Source: an uncultured delta proteobacterium (lineage in GTDB: Bacteria; Desulfobacterota; Desulfobacteria; Desulfobacterales; SG8-13). From it: a stretch of 64,000 nucleotides of DNA. The position numbers and the translations under genes were made by a program. A model generated the notes under the pieces. That model was not told the DNA's origin. It ran no database searches and saw only the letters and a list, made by a program, of their open reading frames with translations. Positions 50,088 to 61,530 of the stretch are shown piece after piece (the first letter of the stretch is position 1; each line of letters begins with the position of its first letter). Location of the stretch: positions 124,001 through 188,000 of the forward strand of contig CAWKCK010000001.1 of NCBI GenBank assembly GCA_963848135.1. Reading direction: 5' to 3'.

Positions 50088-50751
50088 AACCATCCAGATA
50101 AAAGTTTGCGGTTTGACCGAAACAAAAGCGGCCGCCGCATGTGCGGCGTTGGACGTCGACGCTGTCGGGTTGGTCTTCTACCCCAAAAGCCCGCGCTATG
50201 TCTCGGATGCACAAGCCGAAGAGATCGTGGCGGCAGTGAGCGGCCGGGCGGCCGTTGTCGGGGTTTTTGTCGATGAAACCGCTGATGTTATTTTGAGAAA
50301 GGCACAGCGGTGTGGATTGACCGGTGTCCAGCTTCATGGACACGAGACGGTCGCTGAAGCCACACAGCTGAAAAATGAAGGCCTGATGGTCATCAAGGCT
50401 CTTTTTCAGAAAAAAGAGCCATTCTTTCGGGCAGCTGCCCGCTACGCCCCATCCGCTTTTCTGCTCGAGTGTGGTGGCGGACGGTTGCCGGGAGGTACGG
50501 CCCAGGCCTGGGATTGGTCAGAAGCCAAAGCAATTGCCGCAGGTGCCCCGGTGATCCTGGCTGGTGGGCTAACACCCGCAAATGTCGGTCAGGCCATTGC
50601 ACTCGGCCGGCCCCATGCCGTTGACGTCAGCTCAGGGGTGGAAGCCTCTCCGGGTAAAAAGGATCTATCTAAAATTGAAGCATTTGTGACCGCGGTTGCC
50701 GGTGTTGCCACAACCGACGAACAAGAAGAAGCGAGGAGGATTTTTCGATGA
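50074..50751 (+). CDS. trpF: Phosphoribosylanthranilate isomerase
   Basis: [30 protein letters not shown]. Confidence 0.96.
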   Translation: MALNRTIQIKVCGLTETKAAAACAALDVDAVGLVFYPKSPRYVSDAQAEEIVAAVSGRAAVVGVFVDETADVILRKAQRCGLTGVQLHGHETVAEATQLKNEGLMVIKALFQKKEPFFRAAARYAPSAFLLECGGGRLPGGTAQAWDWSEAKAIAAGAPVILAGGLTPANVGQAIALGRPHAVDVSSGVEASPGKKDLSKIEAFVTAVAGVATTDEQEEARRIFR

Positions 50752-51956
50752 TGATGGTACAGGCAGAACACCGTCCGGATCGTAACGGACACTTTGGACA
50801 GTTCGGCGGGCGCTATGTTGCCGAAACACTTATGCCGGCAATACTGGAGCTCGAAGAGGCATACAACCGTATAACGCCACGGCAGGAATTCCAGCAGGAA
50901 TTCCACCGCCTGCTGAACAGTTACGCCGGCCGGCCGACCCCTCTCTATCTCGCCGGCCGCCTCACCGGTTCCCTGAAGGGTGCCGCAATCTATCTTAAGC
51001 GTGAAGATCTGGCCCACACCGGGGCGCATAAGATCAATAACACCCTCGGGCAGGCCCTTCTGGCCAAGTTGATGGGCAAGGGCAAACTGATTGCCGAGAC
51101 AGGGGCGGGTCAGCATGGGGTGGCAACCGCCACCGTGGCCGCTCTATTCGGAATGCAGTGTCGAATATTCATGGGTACGGAGGACATCGAGCGACAGGCG
51201 GCCAACGTCCGCCGTATGAAGCTTCTCGGTGCCGAGGTCCAGGCGGTCAGCAGCGGCAGTGGGACGCTGAAGGATGCTATGAACGAGGCCATGCGTTTTT
51301 GGTCCGCGGCAGTGACTGACACGTTTTACGTGATTGGGTCTGTGGCCGGGCCGCATCCCTATCCGGCGATGGTCCGTGATTTCCAGCGGGTTATCGGCCA
51401 GGAAGCCCGAGAGCAAATAAGGGAACAAATCGGTCGGATGCCCGATGTATTGGTGGCCTGTGTCGGCGGCGGTAGTAATGCCATGGGCCTTTTCCATCCG
51501 TTCCTGGATGATCCGGTGGAGATGGTGGGCGTCGAAGCCGCCGGCAAGGGAATCGACAGCGGCAAACATGCGGCCACGCTCAGCAAAGGTTCGGTCGGCG
51601 TGCTTCACGGCTCAAAGTCTTACTTGCTTCAGGATTCTGACGGCCAGATTGTCGAAGCGCATTCTATTTCGGCTGGTCTGGACTATCCGGGTGTTGGCCC
51701 GGAACATGCTCTCCTGAAAGAGACCGGTCGTGTCCGCTATGCGGCTGTCGATGATTACCAGGCCCTGGCGGCATTCAAGACGCTGTGTGTTCTGGAGGGC
51801 ATCATTCCGGCCCTGGAAAGCGCCCATGCCGTTGCCTATGCCATGGAGGCGGCACCACGGCTGGGGTCGGATAAAGTGATCATTGTCAATCTTTCCGGCA
51901 GGGGTGACAAGGATCTCGGTATTGTGTTCTCCCAACTGGAAAAGGAGAAAAGCTGA
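50748..51956 (+). CDS. trpB: Tryptophan synthase beta chain
   Basis: [43 protein letters not shown]. Confidence 0.98.
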   Translation: MMMVQAEHRPDRNGHFGQFGGRYVAETLMPAILELEEAYNRITPRQEFQQEFHRLLNSYAGRPTPLYLAGRLTGSLKGAAIYLKREDLAHTGAHKINNTLGQALLAKLMGKGKLIAETGAGQHGVATATVAALFGMQCRIFMGTEDIERQAANVRRMKLLGAEVQAVSSGSGTLKDAMNEAMRFWSAAVTDTFYVIGSVAGPHPYPAMVRDFQRVIGQEAREQIREQIGRMPDVLVACVGGGSNAMGLFHPFLDDPVEMVGVEAAGKGIDSGKHAATLSKGSVGVLHGSKSYLLQDSDGQIVEAHSISAGLDYPGVGPEHALLKETGRVRYAAVDDYQALAAFKTLCVLEGIIPALESAHAVAYAMEAAPRLGSDKVIIVNLSGRGDKDLGIVFSQLEKEKS

Positions 51957-51957
51957 C

Positions 51958-52755
51958 ATGAATCGCATTGATGAAACTTTTGACAGGCTGAAGAAGAACG
52001 GGGAAAAAGCACTGGTGGGATTCGTGACAGCCGGTGATCCCGATCCGGACACATCGCTGCAGATCATCGACGCCATGTGCCGTTCCGGCGTCGACATTCT
52101 CGAGCTTGGCGTTCCGTTTTCGGATCCCACGGCCGATGGTCCGGTCATCCAGCGATCTTCGGCGCGGGCACTGGCAAACGGGGCAAAATTGGCCTCGGTA
52201 TTCGAGATAACGCGCCGGTTGCGGGAACGGCACACGATGCCGATTGTGCTATTCAGTTACTACAATCCCATCCTACAGCTCGGAGCGGAGAAATTTTACC
52301 ATCAAGCCGTTCAGGCTGGGGCCGACGGTCTTCTGGTGGTCGATTTGCCACCCGAAGAGTCGGCCGAACTCACCGACCGATGGCCAGGTCGTGACCTTTA
52401 CCTGATAAGGCTCATTGCACCGACAACGCCAACCGAACGCATGCAGCGCATCGCTGAATCAGGGACAGGGTTTCTGTATCTGGTGTCAAAGACCGGGGTG
52501 ACCGGCAGCGATGGTCTGGATACCGAAGAGGCCGCTGGGAAAACCACTGATTTACGCGAGATCACCAATTTGCCGGTCTGCGTTGGATTCGGAATTTCAA
52601 CGCCCGCGGACGTTGCCGCCATTGCCGCTTTTGCCGATGGGGTTGTCATCGGAAGCGCTTTCGAACGGACCATTGAAGACGGCATCGGTCAGGCGGATCT
52701 GGCCGGGCGCATCGCCGATCAAGTCACACAGTACAAAGTTGCCACCCGCTCATAG
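51958..52755 (+). CDS. trpA: Tryptophan synthase alpha chain
   Basis: [35 protein letters not shown]. Confidence 0.97.
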   Translation: MNRIDETFDRLKKNGEKALVGFVTAGDPDPDTSLQIIDAMCRSGVDILELGVPFSDPTADGPVIQRSSARALANGAKLASVFEITRRLRERHTMPIVLFSYYNPILQLGAEKFYHQAVQAGADGLLVVDLPPEESAELTDRWPGRDLYLIRLIAPTTPTERMQRIAESGTGFLYLVSKTGVTGSDGLDTEEAAGKTTDLREITNLPVCVGFGISTPADVAAIAAFADGVVIGSAFERTIEDGIGQADLAGRIADQVTQYKVATRS

Positions 52756-52875
52756 GGCAGGGCCCGGAGTTTGGCTGCCGACAAGACAGGAGGAGCACTG
52801 TACCGACGATTCCGCCGGTTGCAGTTTCGGGGCGACGGATTATCAACCGAAATGAATCAATGAGGAATTCGAATT

Positions 52876-53883
52876 ATGCTTATCGTGATGGAACAAAATG
52901 CAACCGAAGAGGAAATCAAAGCCGTTGTAGCAGCTGTCGAAAACAAAGGGTACACCGCCCGGCCGATTCCGGGGGGAGACAGGGTCTCCATCGGTGTTCT
53001 TTACAACAAGGGAGCGGTGGATACATCGCTGTTCGTGGGCTACCCTGGCGTCAAGGACGTCGTTCCCGTCACGCGACCGTACAAGCTTGTCAGCCGTGAA
53101 GTAAAAAATGAAGATACCCTGGTGACCGTCGGGGACGTTACTATCGGCAACGGTCATTTCACGATCGTGGCCGGACCCTGCGCCGTGGAAAGCGAGCAGC
53201 AGGCCCTGACAATTGCCAAGACGGTCAAAGAGAGTGGCGCCCAGCTTTTCAGGGGCGGGGCATTCAAACCCCGGACCTCGCCGTATTCATTCCAGGGACT
53301 TGGAGAAGAAGGGTTGAAGATTCTGGCGCACGTCCGTGAAGAAACCGGACTGCCGGTCGTTACCGAAGTTATGGACGACCACACATTCGATCTGGTGGAG
53401 GAATATGCCGATGTGATCCAGATCGGCACCCGCAACATGCAAAATTTCTCCCTGCTACGCAGAGCCGGTCAGGCCCGGAAACCGATTTTTCTCAAAAGGG
53501 GCATGGCGGCCACCATCGACGAGTGGCTGATGGCTGCCGAATATATCCTGGAAGGGGGGAACAGCCAGGTCATTCTCTGTGAACGCGGTGTTCGGACGTT
53601 TGCGCACCACAGCCGCAACACACTGGACCTGTCCGCGGTTCCCGTGATACGCAAGGAGAGTCATTTGCCGATCGTCATCGATCCCAGCCATGCTGCCGGG
53701 CGGCGGGATCAGGTCATTCCGTTGAGCCGGGCGGCAGCGGCTGTCGGTGCCCAGGGGGTGATGGTAGAAGTCCATCATGCGCCCGAGGAGGCGTTGAGCG
53801 ACGGTGCTCAGTCACTCTACCCTGAGCAGTTCCAAGATCTATGCCGGCAGGTGAGAGCCATATACGACGTACCGAGCACTTGA
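52876..53883 (+). CDS. aroF: DAHP synthase (class I-beta, N-terminal regulatory domain)
   Basis: AGPCAVES, RGGAFKPRTSPYSFQG, QIGTRNMQNF, CERG, DPSH. Confidence 0.95.
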   Translation: MLIVMEQNATEEEIKAVVAAVENKGYTARPIPGGDRVSIGVLYNKGAVDTSLFVGYPGVKDVVPVTRPYKLVSREVKNEDTLVTVGDVTIGNGHFTIVAGPCAVESEQQALTIAKTVKESGAQLFRGGAFKPRTSPYSFQGLGEEGLKILAHVREETGLPVVTEVMDDHTFDLVEEYADVIQIGTRNMQNFSLLRRAGQARKPIFLKRGMAATIDEWLMAAEYILEGGNSQVILCERGVRTFAHHSRNTLDLSAVPVIRKESHLPIVIDPSHAAGRRDQVIPLSRAAAAVGAQGVMVEVHHAPEEALSDGAQSLYPEQFQDLCRQVRAIYDVPST

Positions 53884-53984
53884 GAAACGAATGGGTATCA
53901 CGTAGTAAATTCGGCGTTGTGTGGCCTGCCGTTTCAGGTTGCGAGACGGCAACATATTTTTCTTCGAACAGCGAGGCGACGGGT

Positions 53985-55004
53985 ATGAAAACCTTCCGCA
54001 TATCGGGCATTACCGGTGCATCCACGATCCTTGTCGGCGAACGGTTGCTGAATCTGACCGGTCACCTGCCTGACCAGAAGTTGATTATCATCACCGACGG
54101 AAACGTTGGCCGGCTTTATCAAGATAAGTTTCCTCAAGCACCGGTTATTACACTGGCGCCCGGCGAACAGTCCAAATCACTAGCGACTATCGACAAGATA
54201 TACGATCGACTGCTCGAGCTGGAAGCTGATCGATCCAGCTTTATCGTCGGTATCGGCGGCGGAGTGGTTTGCGACATCACCGGGTTTGTCGCCTCGACTT
54301 TTATGCGCGGGTTGCGTTTCGGGTACGTGGCAACGAGCCTGCTGGCCCAGGTGGACGCCAGTGTCGGCGGTAAGAACGGCGTCAATTACGGTGGGTACAA
54401 AAACCTGGTCGGAACCTTCAACCAGCCTGAATTTGTTATTTGTGACCCGCACCTGCTGAAAACCCTGCCCGAAAAAGAAGTCCTCTGCGGACTGGCGGAA
54501 GTCGTCAAGCATGCCCTGATAAAAGACCCGGCGCTGCTGGCCTTCCTGGAACAGAACAGTGACGGAATCCTCAGGCTGGAGGCGGCTGACATCGAACGTC
54601 TGGTTTCCGATTCGGTGGCCCTAAAATCGGCCGTGGTCAATCAGGATGAAAGAGAGAGCGGAATACGGCGAATTCTGAATTTCGGTCACACCTTCGGGCA
54701 TGCCGTTGAACACTTGCAGCGCATTTCACACGGTGAAGCCGTCAGCATCGGCATGGTGATTGCCGCCGACATATCCTTGCGCAAAGGCATGCTGACAGCT
54801 GACGATGTCGAAAGAATTAAACGACTTCTGGAAAGGCTGGGGCTTCCCGTCACCGCTACGGCCGATCCGGCCCGCATGATGGCTGCCGTTCATAAAGATA
54901 AGAAACGGGAGAGCGATATCGTCCATTTTGTCCTCTTGGATGGTATCGGGCAGGCCGTGGTGGCGGCCCTGCCGTTTGCAGACCTTGAGGGGTACATCAT
55001 TTAA
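53985..55004 (+). CDS. aroB: 3-dehydroquinate synthase
   Basis: GIGGGVVCD, TSLLAQVDASVGGKNG, KNLVGTF, LNFGHTFGHAVE, HGEAVSIGM. Confidence 0.96.
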   Translation: MKTFRISGITGASTILVGERLLNLTGHLPDQKLIIITDGNVGRLYQDKFPQAPVITLAPGEQSKSLATIDKIYDRLLELEADRSSFIVGIGGGVVCDITGFVASTFMRGLRFGYVATSLLAQVDASVGGKNGVNYGGYKNLVGTFNQPEFVICDPHLLKTLPEKEVLCGLAEVVKHALIKDPALLAFLEQNSDGILRLEAADIERLVSDSVALKSAVVNQDERESGIRRILNFGHTFGHAVEHLQRISHGEAVSIGMVIAADISLRKGMLTADDVERIKRLLERLGLPVTATADPARMMAAVHKDKKRESDIVHFVLLDGIGQAVVAALPFADLEGYII

Positions 55005-55872
55005 ATGCAATTCGATACTTCTTCAGAAACCCTGACGGATTGTACGACATTTTGGCTTTGCGCAAACCCTTTTCGCCGAGATCCTGCTCACGGTTCACCA
55101 CTTTAAAAGTGTTCGGTAAACTCGCCAGGAACATTTGGTTGATTGCCTGGTAGACACCTTTGTAATCCGGGCAGCCTTTCTCATAATGAACGACTACGGA
55201 GTCGTCGGCCAGCTTTTCGGCAATGGTGTAAGCAACGATGATGTCTTCGACAATCAGCGCACCGCCGGTCAAACCTTGCAGGCTTTTCCAATTTGTAAGG
55301 ACCTTGATCACCGATCGATTCTCGGAAGATAGGACTTCGGAGGACTCGCAATCCCGCCAGTTGCACCAGTCGGCCTGCATGGCCATGGCCGGTTCGATCA
55401 TTTTCTGACCGAACGGTTCAAATCTATGGTCGTATTTTTTTATGAACTGCTTGAGCAGATTTTTCTTTTTGTGAAAGCGGTTGCCTTTCAAATCGACCAG
55501 TTCTTTCACGTCGTAGAGATAGTCCCAATGGTCGCGATCTTCCTTGATAGTCACCCTATTGCCCAGAGCCTGCTTCCAGAGATTGGCCAATACTTCCGGC
55601 ACCCGGACGAAGCAAGTGCCGTTTATCGCCACGCGATCGGTTGCGGATTGCCAGTCGATTGAATTCCAAGGCCCGATAGGCGCCCACATGAGAGCTTCCG
55701 GTTTGGCTTGCCTGATCCATACCAGATCGGCATCCCAGGCCCACGTCAGATCATATTCGTTCGCCCAACCAAAAAGGTTCGAAAAACTGTAGTCGGAAGA
55801 TATCTGCGGACTCAGTGCCAAAATCTTCAGGTAATCTTCTTGCTTTTCCAGCTGAATCGGCTCAAATTCCAT
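54997..55872 (-). CDS. DUF2156 / phosphatidylglycerol lysyltransferase-like GNAT domain protein
   Basis: SDYSFSNL, DYLY, LKGNRFHKKKN, HYEKG, VNREQDLGEKGLRKAKMSYNP. Confidence 0.88.
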   Translation of the reverse strand: MEFEPIQLEKQEDYLKILALSPQISSDYSFSNLFGWANEYDLTWAWDADLVWIRQAKPEALMWAPIGPWNSIDWQSATDRVAINGTCFVRVPEVLANLWKQALGNRVTIKEDRDHWDYLYDVKELVDLKGNRFHKKKNLLKQFIKKYDHRFEPFGQKMIEPAMAMQADWCNWRDCESSEVLSSENRSVIKVLTNWKSLQGLTGGALIVEDIIVAYTIAEKLADDSVVVHYEKGCPDYKGVYQAINQMFLASLPNTFKVVNREQDLGEKGLRKAKMSYNPSGFLKKYRIAFK

Positions 55873-55974
55873 TTTATTTTTCACCTTGTCTATTTCTTTT
55901 TCACTCTCCGGTTTGTGAAAGATCCTGGTCAATTTTGGTAGTCGTATCGGCTAAGGTGATTCGCGCCATTCCCG

Positions 55975-56574
55975 CTACTTTGGGTTGTGGTTTTCCAGGG
56001 CTTCCACTAACTCCCGACCGGCCAGGTAGGACTCATCCAGGTATTGCGGGAAGCGGTTAACGTCACCTTCGAAATCCAGTCCCCGGTAGAGAAGAGATCG
56101 CCACAGGTCAGTATCGAGCACGTCGAAGAAGTATTTGACACTCATCAGGGCGCCGTCGAAAAGTTTTTTACCGCCGGTGGCGCCGGCCGATATGAAGAGC
56201 CCCTTGCGGGTGGCGGTCCACTGACGAAAAGGAATTTTATCGATCCAGTACTTCTTTACCCAGAGCGACTGGCAGCGATCCATCAGTATTTTGATTTGAG
56301 CACTGACCGTATAAAAGAAGATCGGTGACGCGATCATGACACCGTTTGCTTGCATAAGTTGATCGCGAACCCTTCCAAAATCGTCCTGGATCGCACAAAG
56401 GCCGGATTCTTTGCAGGCATATATTTCCAGGCACGGTGACATCTTCAAGTCTCTTAAAAAGAATTCGGTCACGGTTGCGCCTGCGTCGACCGCACCACAC
56501 ACCGCCTGTCGCAGCAAAACCGCCGTGTTGCCGTTTCGCCGCGGGCTGCCGTATATTGCAACAATTCTGGGCAT
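55975..56574 (-). CDS. Flavodoxin family / NADPH-dependent FMN reductase
   Basis: YGSPRRNGNT, CAIQDD, ASPIFFYTVSAQIKILMDR. Confidence 0.9.
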   Translation of the reverse strand: MPRIVAIYGSPRRNGNTAVLLRQAVCGAVDAGATVTEFFLRDLKMSPCLEIYACKESGLCAIQDDFGRVRDQLMQANGVMIASPIFFYTVSAQIKILMDRCQSLWVKKYWIDKIPFRQWTATRKGLFISAGATGGKKLFDGALMSVKYFFDVLDTDLWRSLLYRGLDFEGDVNRFPQYLDESYLAGRELVEALENHNPK

Positions 56575-56597
56575 ATCTTACCGTTCGCCGTTGGGGG

Positions 56598-57389
56598 TCA
56601 GATCGCGAGTACCAGTCCGACCGGGCAATGATCAGAACCGTAGATATCGTTGGCGATGAAGGCATCTTTTATCCGCCCCTTTTCTACCAGATCCCGAGTT
56701 ACCAGGAAATAGTCGATGCGCCAGCCGATATTCCGATCGCGGGCTTTGAAGCGGTAGGTCCACCATGAGTACTTCACCGTTTCAGGATACAGGTGCCGGA
56801 ACGTGTCGACATAGCCGCGTTCAATGATACGGTCCAGCCAATCCCGTTCAATCCGCAGAAAACCGGATGTGTTTTCATTCGCCTTCGGGTTTTTGAGATC
56901 GATTTCATTGTGGGCGGTGTTGAAATCACCGGTGATGACAAGACTGCGCCCTTCTTCTTTGAGGCAATCGGTATACGCGAAAAACGTCTCATAGAAATCG
57001 AGCTTGTATTTGAGTCGTTCCGCGCTCATCTGTCCGTTAGGAAAATAGACATTGAAAAAGACGATATCGCCCAGGTCCAGTTCGATTATACGGCCTTCGG
57101 CGTCGTACTCCGGTCGGTCGAGCAGGCAGTTAACTTTTCTGGGCGCGAGTCGCGTATAAACACCAACGCCGCTGTAACCTTTTTTTACAGCGGCGTGTGA
57201 CCAAAAGGCCGTATAACCCGGTATGTTGCGCATGTCGTCGGTGAGCTGGTGTTCCTGAAGTTTGGTCTCCTGGAGACCGAAAACATCGGCATCGAGAATA
57301 CCGACAGTGGACAGAAAATCTTTTTTCATAACGGCCCTCAGGCCGTTGACATTCCAGCTTACCAGCTTCAGGTATTTTTTTGCGGCCAC
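56598..57389 (-). CDS. xth: Exodeoxyribonuclease III
   Basis: SWNVNGLRA, LQETK, GDFNTAH, GWRIDYF, GSDHCP. Confidence 0.97.
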   Translation of the reverse strand: MAAKKYLKLVSWNVNGLRAVMKKDFLSTVGILDADVFGLQETKLQEHQLTDDMRNIPGYTAFWSHAAVKKGYSGVGVYTRLAPRKVNCLLDRPEYDAEGRIIELDLGDIVFFNVYFPNGQMSAERLKYKLDFYETFFAYTDCLKEEGRSLVITGDFNTAHNEIDLKNPKANENTSGFLRIERDWLDRIIERGYVDTFRHLYPETVKYSWWTYRFKARDRNIGWRIDYFLVTRDLVEKGRIKDAFIANDIYGSDHCPVGLVLAI

Positions 57390-57392
57390 AGA

Positions 57393-57941
57393 TTACTCCC
57401 CCAGCAGGCCGTTAACCCGGATAACTGTCTCTTCATCACCGGCCGTATCGAGGACGGATTTGATCGAGCGGAGGCATTCACGGAGAATGGCCGTTTTCGG
57501 TTGTGTTGATTCGAATTGTATATCAATCGTCTTCAGGTCGGCCATCAACTCCGACAGTGTGTCATACTGAAGCCCCAGGTGACCGGCACTTTGTTTGACG
57601 TCAGCGGTTACCCGTTCGACGGCTTGGCGCACCTCATTTGTAACGATCGCTTCGTTACCAAGACAAACGGGTGCCTCCGTTGTCCCGGCAGCTCCATAGC
57701 CGAGTTCTTCGAGCTCCACTATGGCCGAACTTGTAATAGCGATGCCGCCCGACAGCGTCCGCAGTTCTACCAGCGACCAACCCATAAGGTCTTCCGCCAG
57801 CTTGGAGGCCTCGGAGCGCTCTAAACCCAAGTCGGTTCCGATATCATACATCGATATCTGAATACCGGTATCGCCGTTTGTCTCTCTGTAAAGAGAAAGT
57901 AGGAAATTCTGGCCGGATTCATCCAACTCGCTGAACGACAT
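57393..57941 (-). CDS. Hypothetical protein (possible N-terminal winged helix)
   Basis: 182 aa ORF, GAAAGGA RBS, tightly spaced with xth. Confidence 0.8.
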   Translation of the reverse strand: MSFSELDESGQNFLLSLYRETNGDTGIQISMYDIGTDLGLERSEASKLAEDLMGWSLVELRTLSGGIAITSSAIVELEELGYGAAGTTEAPVCLGNEAIVTNEVRQAVERVTADVKQSAGHLGLQYDTLSELMADLKTIDIQFESTQPKTAILRECLRSIKSVLDTAGDEETVIRVNGLLGE

Positions 57942-58074
57942 CGTCGATCATTCCTTTCTTCGGGAGGAATCTTATCATAATTATGCGGCGAAGAATCTGA
58001 AGATACCCGTTATACCCTGGAGAAATCCTGCTCTGGCTTGTCGCTTCCTTTATAAGTGCTAATCCCCGTAGCGC

Positions 58075-58974
58075 CTATTGGACAATCTGTTGAATCGCGT
58101 CTTCCAAATCCGGATATTTGAACACATAGCCGTTGTTCAGCAGATTTCTGGGTTGCACACGCAGACTCTCGAACAGGGTTGAGGCCATCTCACCCAGGGC
58201 CAGACGGACCATGAATTTGGGAGCCGGCATGACAGCGGGCACACGCAGAATCCGCCCCAAAGTTTTGGCCAACTCGCGGTTGCGCACCGGGTTTGGTGAA
58301 CAAAAGTTGAACACGCCCTTTAACTGCTCATTGTCGATGACGTACCTTATGGCTCCGGTGATGTCGGATAGGTGAACCCAGGGAAACCATTGGTTTCCAT
58401 CTCCCAAGGGCCCTCCGGCAAACGCCCGGAAAACCGGGACCATCTTTTCCATGGCGCCGCCGCCTCTGCCAAGGACAATTCCGAAACGCATGACGGCGAC
58501 ACGAACGCCGCTTTTTTCCGCCCGAAAGGCTTCATTTTCCCAGTCCTTTCCGACCTGGGGCAGGAAGCCGTCTCCGGCAGGATCAGATTCTGTCAGAAGA
58601 TCGTCCCCACGACTGCCATAGTATCCGACCGCCGATGCGCTACAGAGAAAAATTCCCTTTCCTACCGGCAAGGCATTCACCACGTTACGGGTGGTCAGAA
58701 TCCGGCTGTCTTGGATCTGTTTTTTGTACCTTTGCGTCCAACGACCGAATATACTGCGCCCGGCCAAATTGACGACACCGTCTACATCTTCAAGCTCAGT
58801 CTGCCAATCTCCCTCGCGGGTGGTATCTGCCTGCAAGTAGCGGAAATTCTCATGGTGCACGGTCTTGTGTTGCGGAGACGTACCGGTGGCGATCACGTAA
58901 TGCCCCTGTTTCAGAAGTTCTCCGGCAAGGGCTGAGCCCACGAAACCAGAACCGCCGGTAATCAAAACTTTCAT
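58075..58974 (-). CDS. TIGR01777 family NAD-dependent epimerase/oxidoreductase
   Basis: ITGGSGFVG, VNLAG, SASAVGYYG, GNQWFPWVH. Confidence 0.93.
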   Translation of the reverse strand: MKVLITGGSGFVGSALAGELLKQGHYVIATGTSPQHKTVHHENFRYLQADTTREGDWQTELEDVDGVVNLAGRSIFGRWTQRYKKQIQDSRILTTRNVVNALPVGKGIFLCSASAVGYYGSRGDDLLTESDPAGDGFLPQVGKDWENEAFRAEKSGVRVAVMRFGIVLGRGGGAMEKMVPVFRAFAGGPLGDGNQWFPWVHLSDITGAIRYVIDNEQLKGVFNFCSPNPVRNRELAKTLGRILRVPAVMPAPKFMVRLALGEMASTLFESLRVQPRNLLNNGYVFKYPDLEDAIQQIVQ

Positions 58975-59113
58975 CTGCCACCTCGAATTTTTGCCCACAA
59001 GTTATCACTTGAACCGTGGTTGTCAAGCGAGGGCCGCTCCCGGCACCTGCAGGGTCGGCGTTTATTGCTCTCTGTGTCGGATGCTGTTGCGGATCACTGC
59101 GCCGGAGCCCGGG

Positions 59114-61471
59114 TCAGGGCTGCAGCGGCCAAAAAATGGGTACAGTGAAGATAATGACAACCATAATGACGATGGTTAGAATCCCGCCGATTTTGAGATA
59201 ATCGATAAAGCGGTAGCCACCAGGACCCATGACAAGAATGTTGGCCGGGTGAGCGATTGGTGTCGTGAAGCTGGCAGAAGCCGCCATGGCCACGGCCATC
59301 AGCAACCCCTGGGGTGATAGCCCCATGTTGGCGGACGTGCTGAAGACAATTGGCGCCATAAGAACGACAAGTGCCGCAGTTGGGATGAAGCAAGTTGACA
59401 CGAAGGTCAATGCAACCAGGCCGGACATTACGGCGGTGGGGCCGTAGGGTCCCACAAGGGCCACCACTCCTTCGGCAATAAGCTTTGCGGCGCCGGTTTG
59501 GTCGAGGGCGGTGCCGATCGGCAGCATTCCGGCGATGAGAAAAACCGCTTTCCATTCGATCTGCCGGTAGGCTTCTTCCATGGTGAGACAGCGCATCAGA
59601 ACCATGAGCGCCGCACCGATGACAGCCGCAATATAGATCGGGACCCAGCCCATGATGACCGGCAGGAGGACAGCGACCATGATCAGGGTCGAGGTTTTGG
59701 CTTTACCGGGGTGACTGATTTCCTGAACGATTTCCCGCAGGACAATAAAGTCGGGTTCGCGTCCCAGTAATTGCAGTTTCTGGCGGGGGCCGAACAACAA
59801 TAGGGCATCGCCGAAACGGAGGGGCAAGTCCGGTAAATCGTTAAAGCGGGCTTCTCCCTGACGCCAGACAGAAAGAACGTTCAGGCCGTATTTTTCCCGA
59901 AAAGCCAATTCCCGCAGGGTTTTTCCAACCAGCGCTGTTTGGGGAGAAAGAATGGCTTCGGCCATACCGGTGTCACCGGCTGTCATGTCTTCAATTTTTG
60001 GTGCGACCCTGCGCTCGATCTGAAGCCCCCTCAGACCCTCCATGATCAAAATGTCTTCCCTGCGACTCTCGACAATGAGGTGGTCTTCGGGTTGCAGGAC
60101 TTCGTTGGGTTCGGGGGTGAGCAGCCGGCCGCTTTTCCGCTTGATGCTGAGAACCCGGATTCCCATCGCCGCTCCCAGGCGACTCTCCTTGAGGGTCTTT
60201 CCGACCAGTACCGAGTCTTTGGGAACCTGCATGGCCAGCAACCGTCTGTCAAGGTTGTAGACGGCGCCGATGTCTTCAGAGGAGACCGTCTGGAAATGAT
60301 CCACCTTGTTTTTTTCCTGCAGGGTTGCCAGTTTTTCTTTTCTTCCGAGGATCAACAGAACGTCATCCGCCGCGAGAGGAATATGCTGAAGATCAACACG
60401 CTTAACGCTGTCGCCACGACGGAGTGCCAGGACAATGGCGCCATAACGATTCCGGAAATCAAGTGTTAAGAGTGTTTGACCGGTGAACTTTGAACCGGAT
60501 GCCAGGCGAAACTCGACCATGTCCAGGTCTCCCGCCAAAAGGTTGTGAAAATCGATGGGTTCATCTTCGACGATCAGGCGGTTCCAATTGCTGGCCTCCA
60601 TGAAATTATCGATCAGGCCTTCAACCGTCAGCAAGTCGCCGGCCTTCAGGAGTTCCGATGGCCCGGGGGCCATTAAGGTGTGATCTTTTCGCGTGATGCC
60701 GATGACGTTCAATCCGACCGCTGAGCGCATGCGGCTGGCGGCGAGAGACTTATCGACCAGAGCAGAGTGCGGCGGAATCCTTACAGAGAAGAGATGTTGC
60801 CGGATACCGTACTGGTCGCTCAAGTCTCCGTGCTGGCCGGAGGAGTCTTTGACGACATCGCGCCGGGGCAGCATGTGCCGGCCGACCAAAGCCATGAAGG
60901 CAATGCCGCTGGACATGACGACCAGTCCGACCGGTGTGAAATCGAAAAAGGAGAACGGCTTGAATCCATTCTCCTGCAAGGCATCTGTGACCAGGATATT
61001 GGGAGGGGTGCCAATCTGGGTTGTCAGGCCGCCGAGAAGGCTCCCGTAGGCCAGCGGCATCAACAATCGGGAGGGCGGTGTGTCGGTGTGGTGGGCGAGA
61101 CCCATGACCACCGGCAGCATGAGAGCGGCCACCGCCACGTTGTTCATAAACGCCGACATGACGCCGGCGCTGATCATAATGACGACAATCATCGAGATTT
61201 CGCTCTTCCCGGCTATTCGGCGAACAAAGCCGCCGATGATGTTGGCCACGCCCGTGAGTGTCAGACCGCCGCTGAGTATGAAGACGGCCCAAACTGTGAC
61301 AACGGCAGGGTTGCTGAAACCGGCCAGCGCATCGACCGGGCTTACAAGTCCTGTCAATGCTACGGCCCCGAGGGCAAGTAGCGCGGTCACCTCCATCGGA
61401 ATCCATTCGGTTACGAGCAGGACGACAGAGGTTCCCAGTATAAAGAGCGTCAAAGCAATATCGGTCGTCAT
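59114..61471 (-). CDS. SLC13 family permease with multiple TrkA-C domains
   Basis: SAFMNNVA, IGTPPNI, four RCK-C-like repeats, TPIAHPANILVMGPGGYRF. Confidence 0.92.
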   Translation of the reverse strand: MTTDIALTLFILGTSVVLLVTEWIPMEVTALLALGAVALTGLVSPVDALAGFSNPAVVTVWAVFILSGGLTLTGVANIIGGFVRRIAGKSEISMIVVIMISAGVMSAFMNNVAVAALMLPVVMGLAHHTDTPPSRLLMPLAYGSLLGGLTTQIGTPPNILVTDALQENGFKPFSFFDFTPVGLVVMSSGIAFMALVGRHMLPRRDVVKDSSGQHGDLSDQYGIRQHLFSVRIPPHSALVDKSLAASRMRSAVGLNVIGITRKDHTLMAPGPSELLKAGDLLTVEGLIDNFMEASNWNRLIVEDEPIDFHNLLAGDLDMVEFRLASGSKFTGQTLLTLDFRNRYGAIVLALRRGDSVKRVDLQHIPLAADDVLLILGRKEKLATLQEKNKVDHFQTVSSEDIGAVYNLDRRLLAMQVPKDSVLVGKTLKESRLGAAMGIRVLSIKRKSGRLLTPEPNEVLQPEDHLIVESRREDILIMEGLRGLQIERRVAPKIEDMTAGDTGMAEAILSPQTALVGKTLRELAFREKYGLNVLSVWRQGEARFNDLPDLPLRFGDALLLFGPRQKLQLLGREPDFIVLREIVQEISHPGKAKTSTLIMVAVLLPVIMGWVPIYIAAVIGAALMVLMRCLTMEEAYRQIEWKAVFLIAGMLPIGTALDQTGAAKLIAEGVVALVGPYGPTAVMSGLVALTFVSTCFIPTAALVVLMAPIVFSTSANMGLSPQGLLMAVAMAASASFTTPIAHPANILVMGPGGYRFIDYLKIGGILTIVIMVVIIFTVPIFWPLQP

Positions 61472-61530
61472 ATAGAAAAGTCTCCTCCAAGGGTTGTTTG
61501 TCGAGTCTTTGTAACCGGGAAAATAAGAAT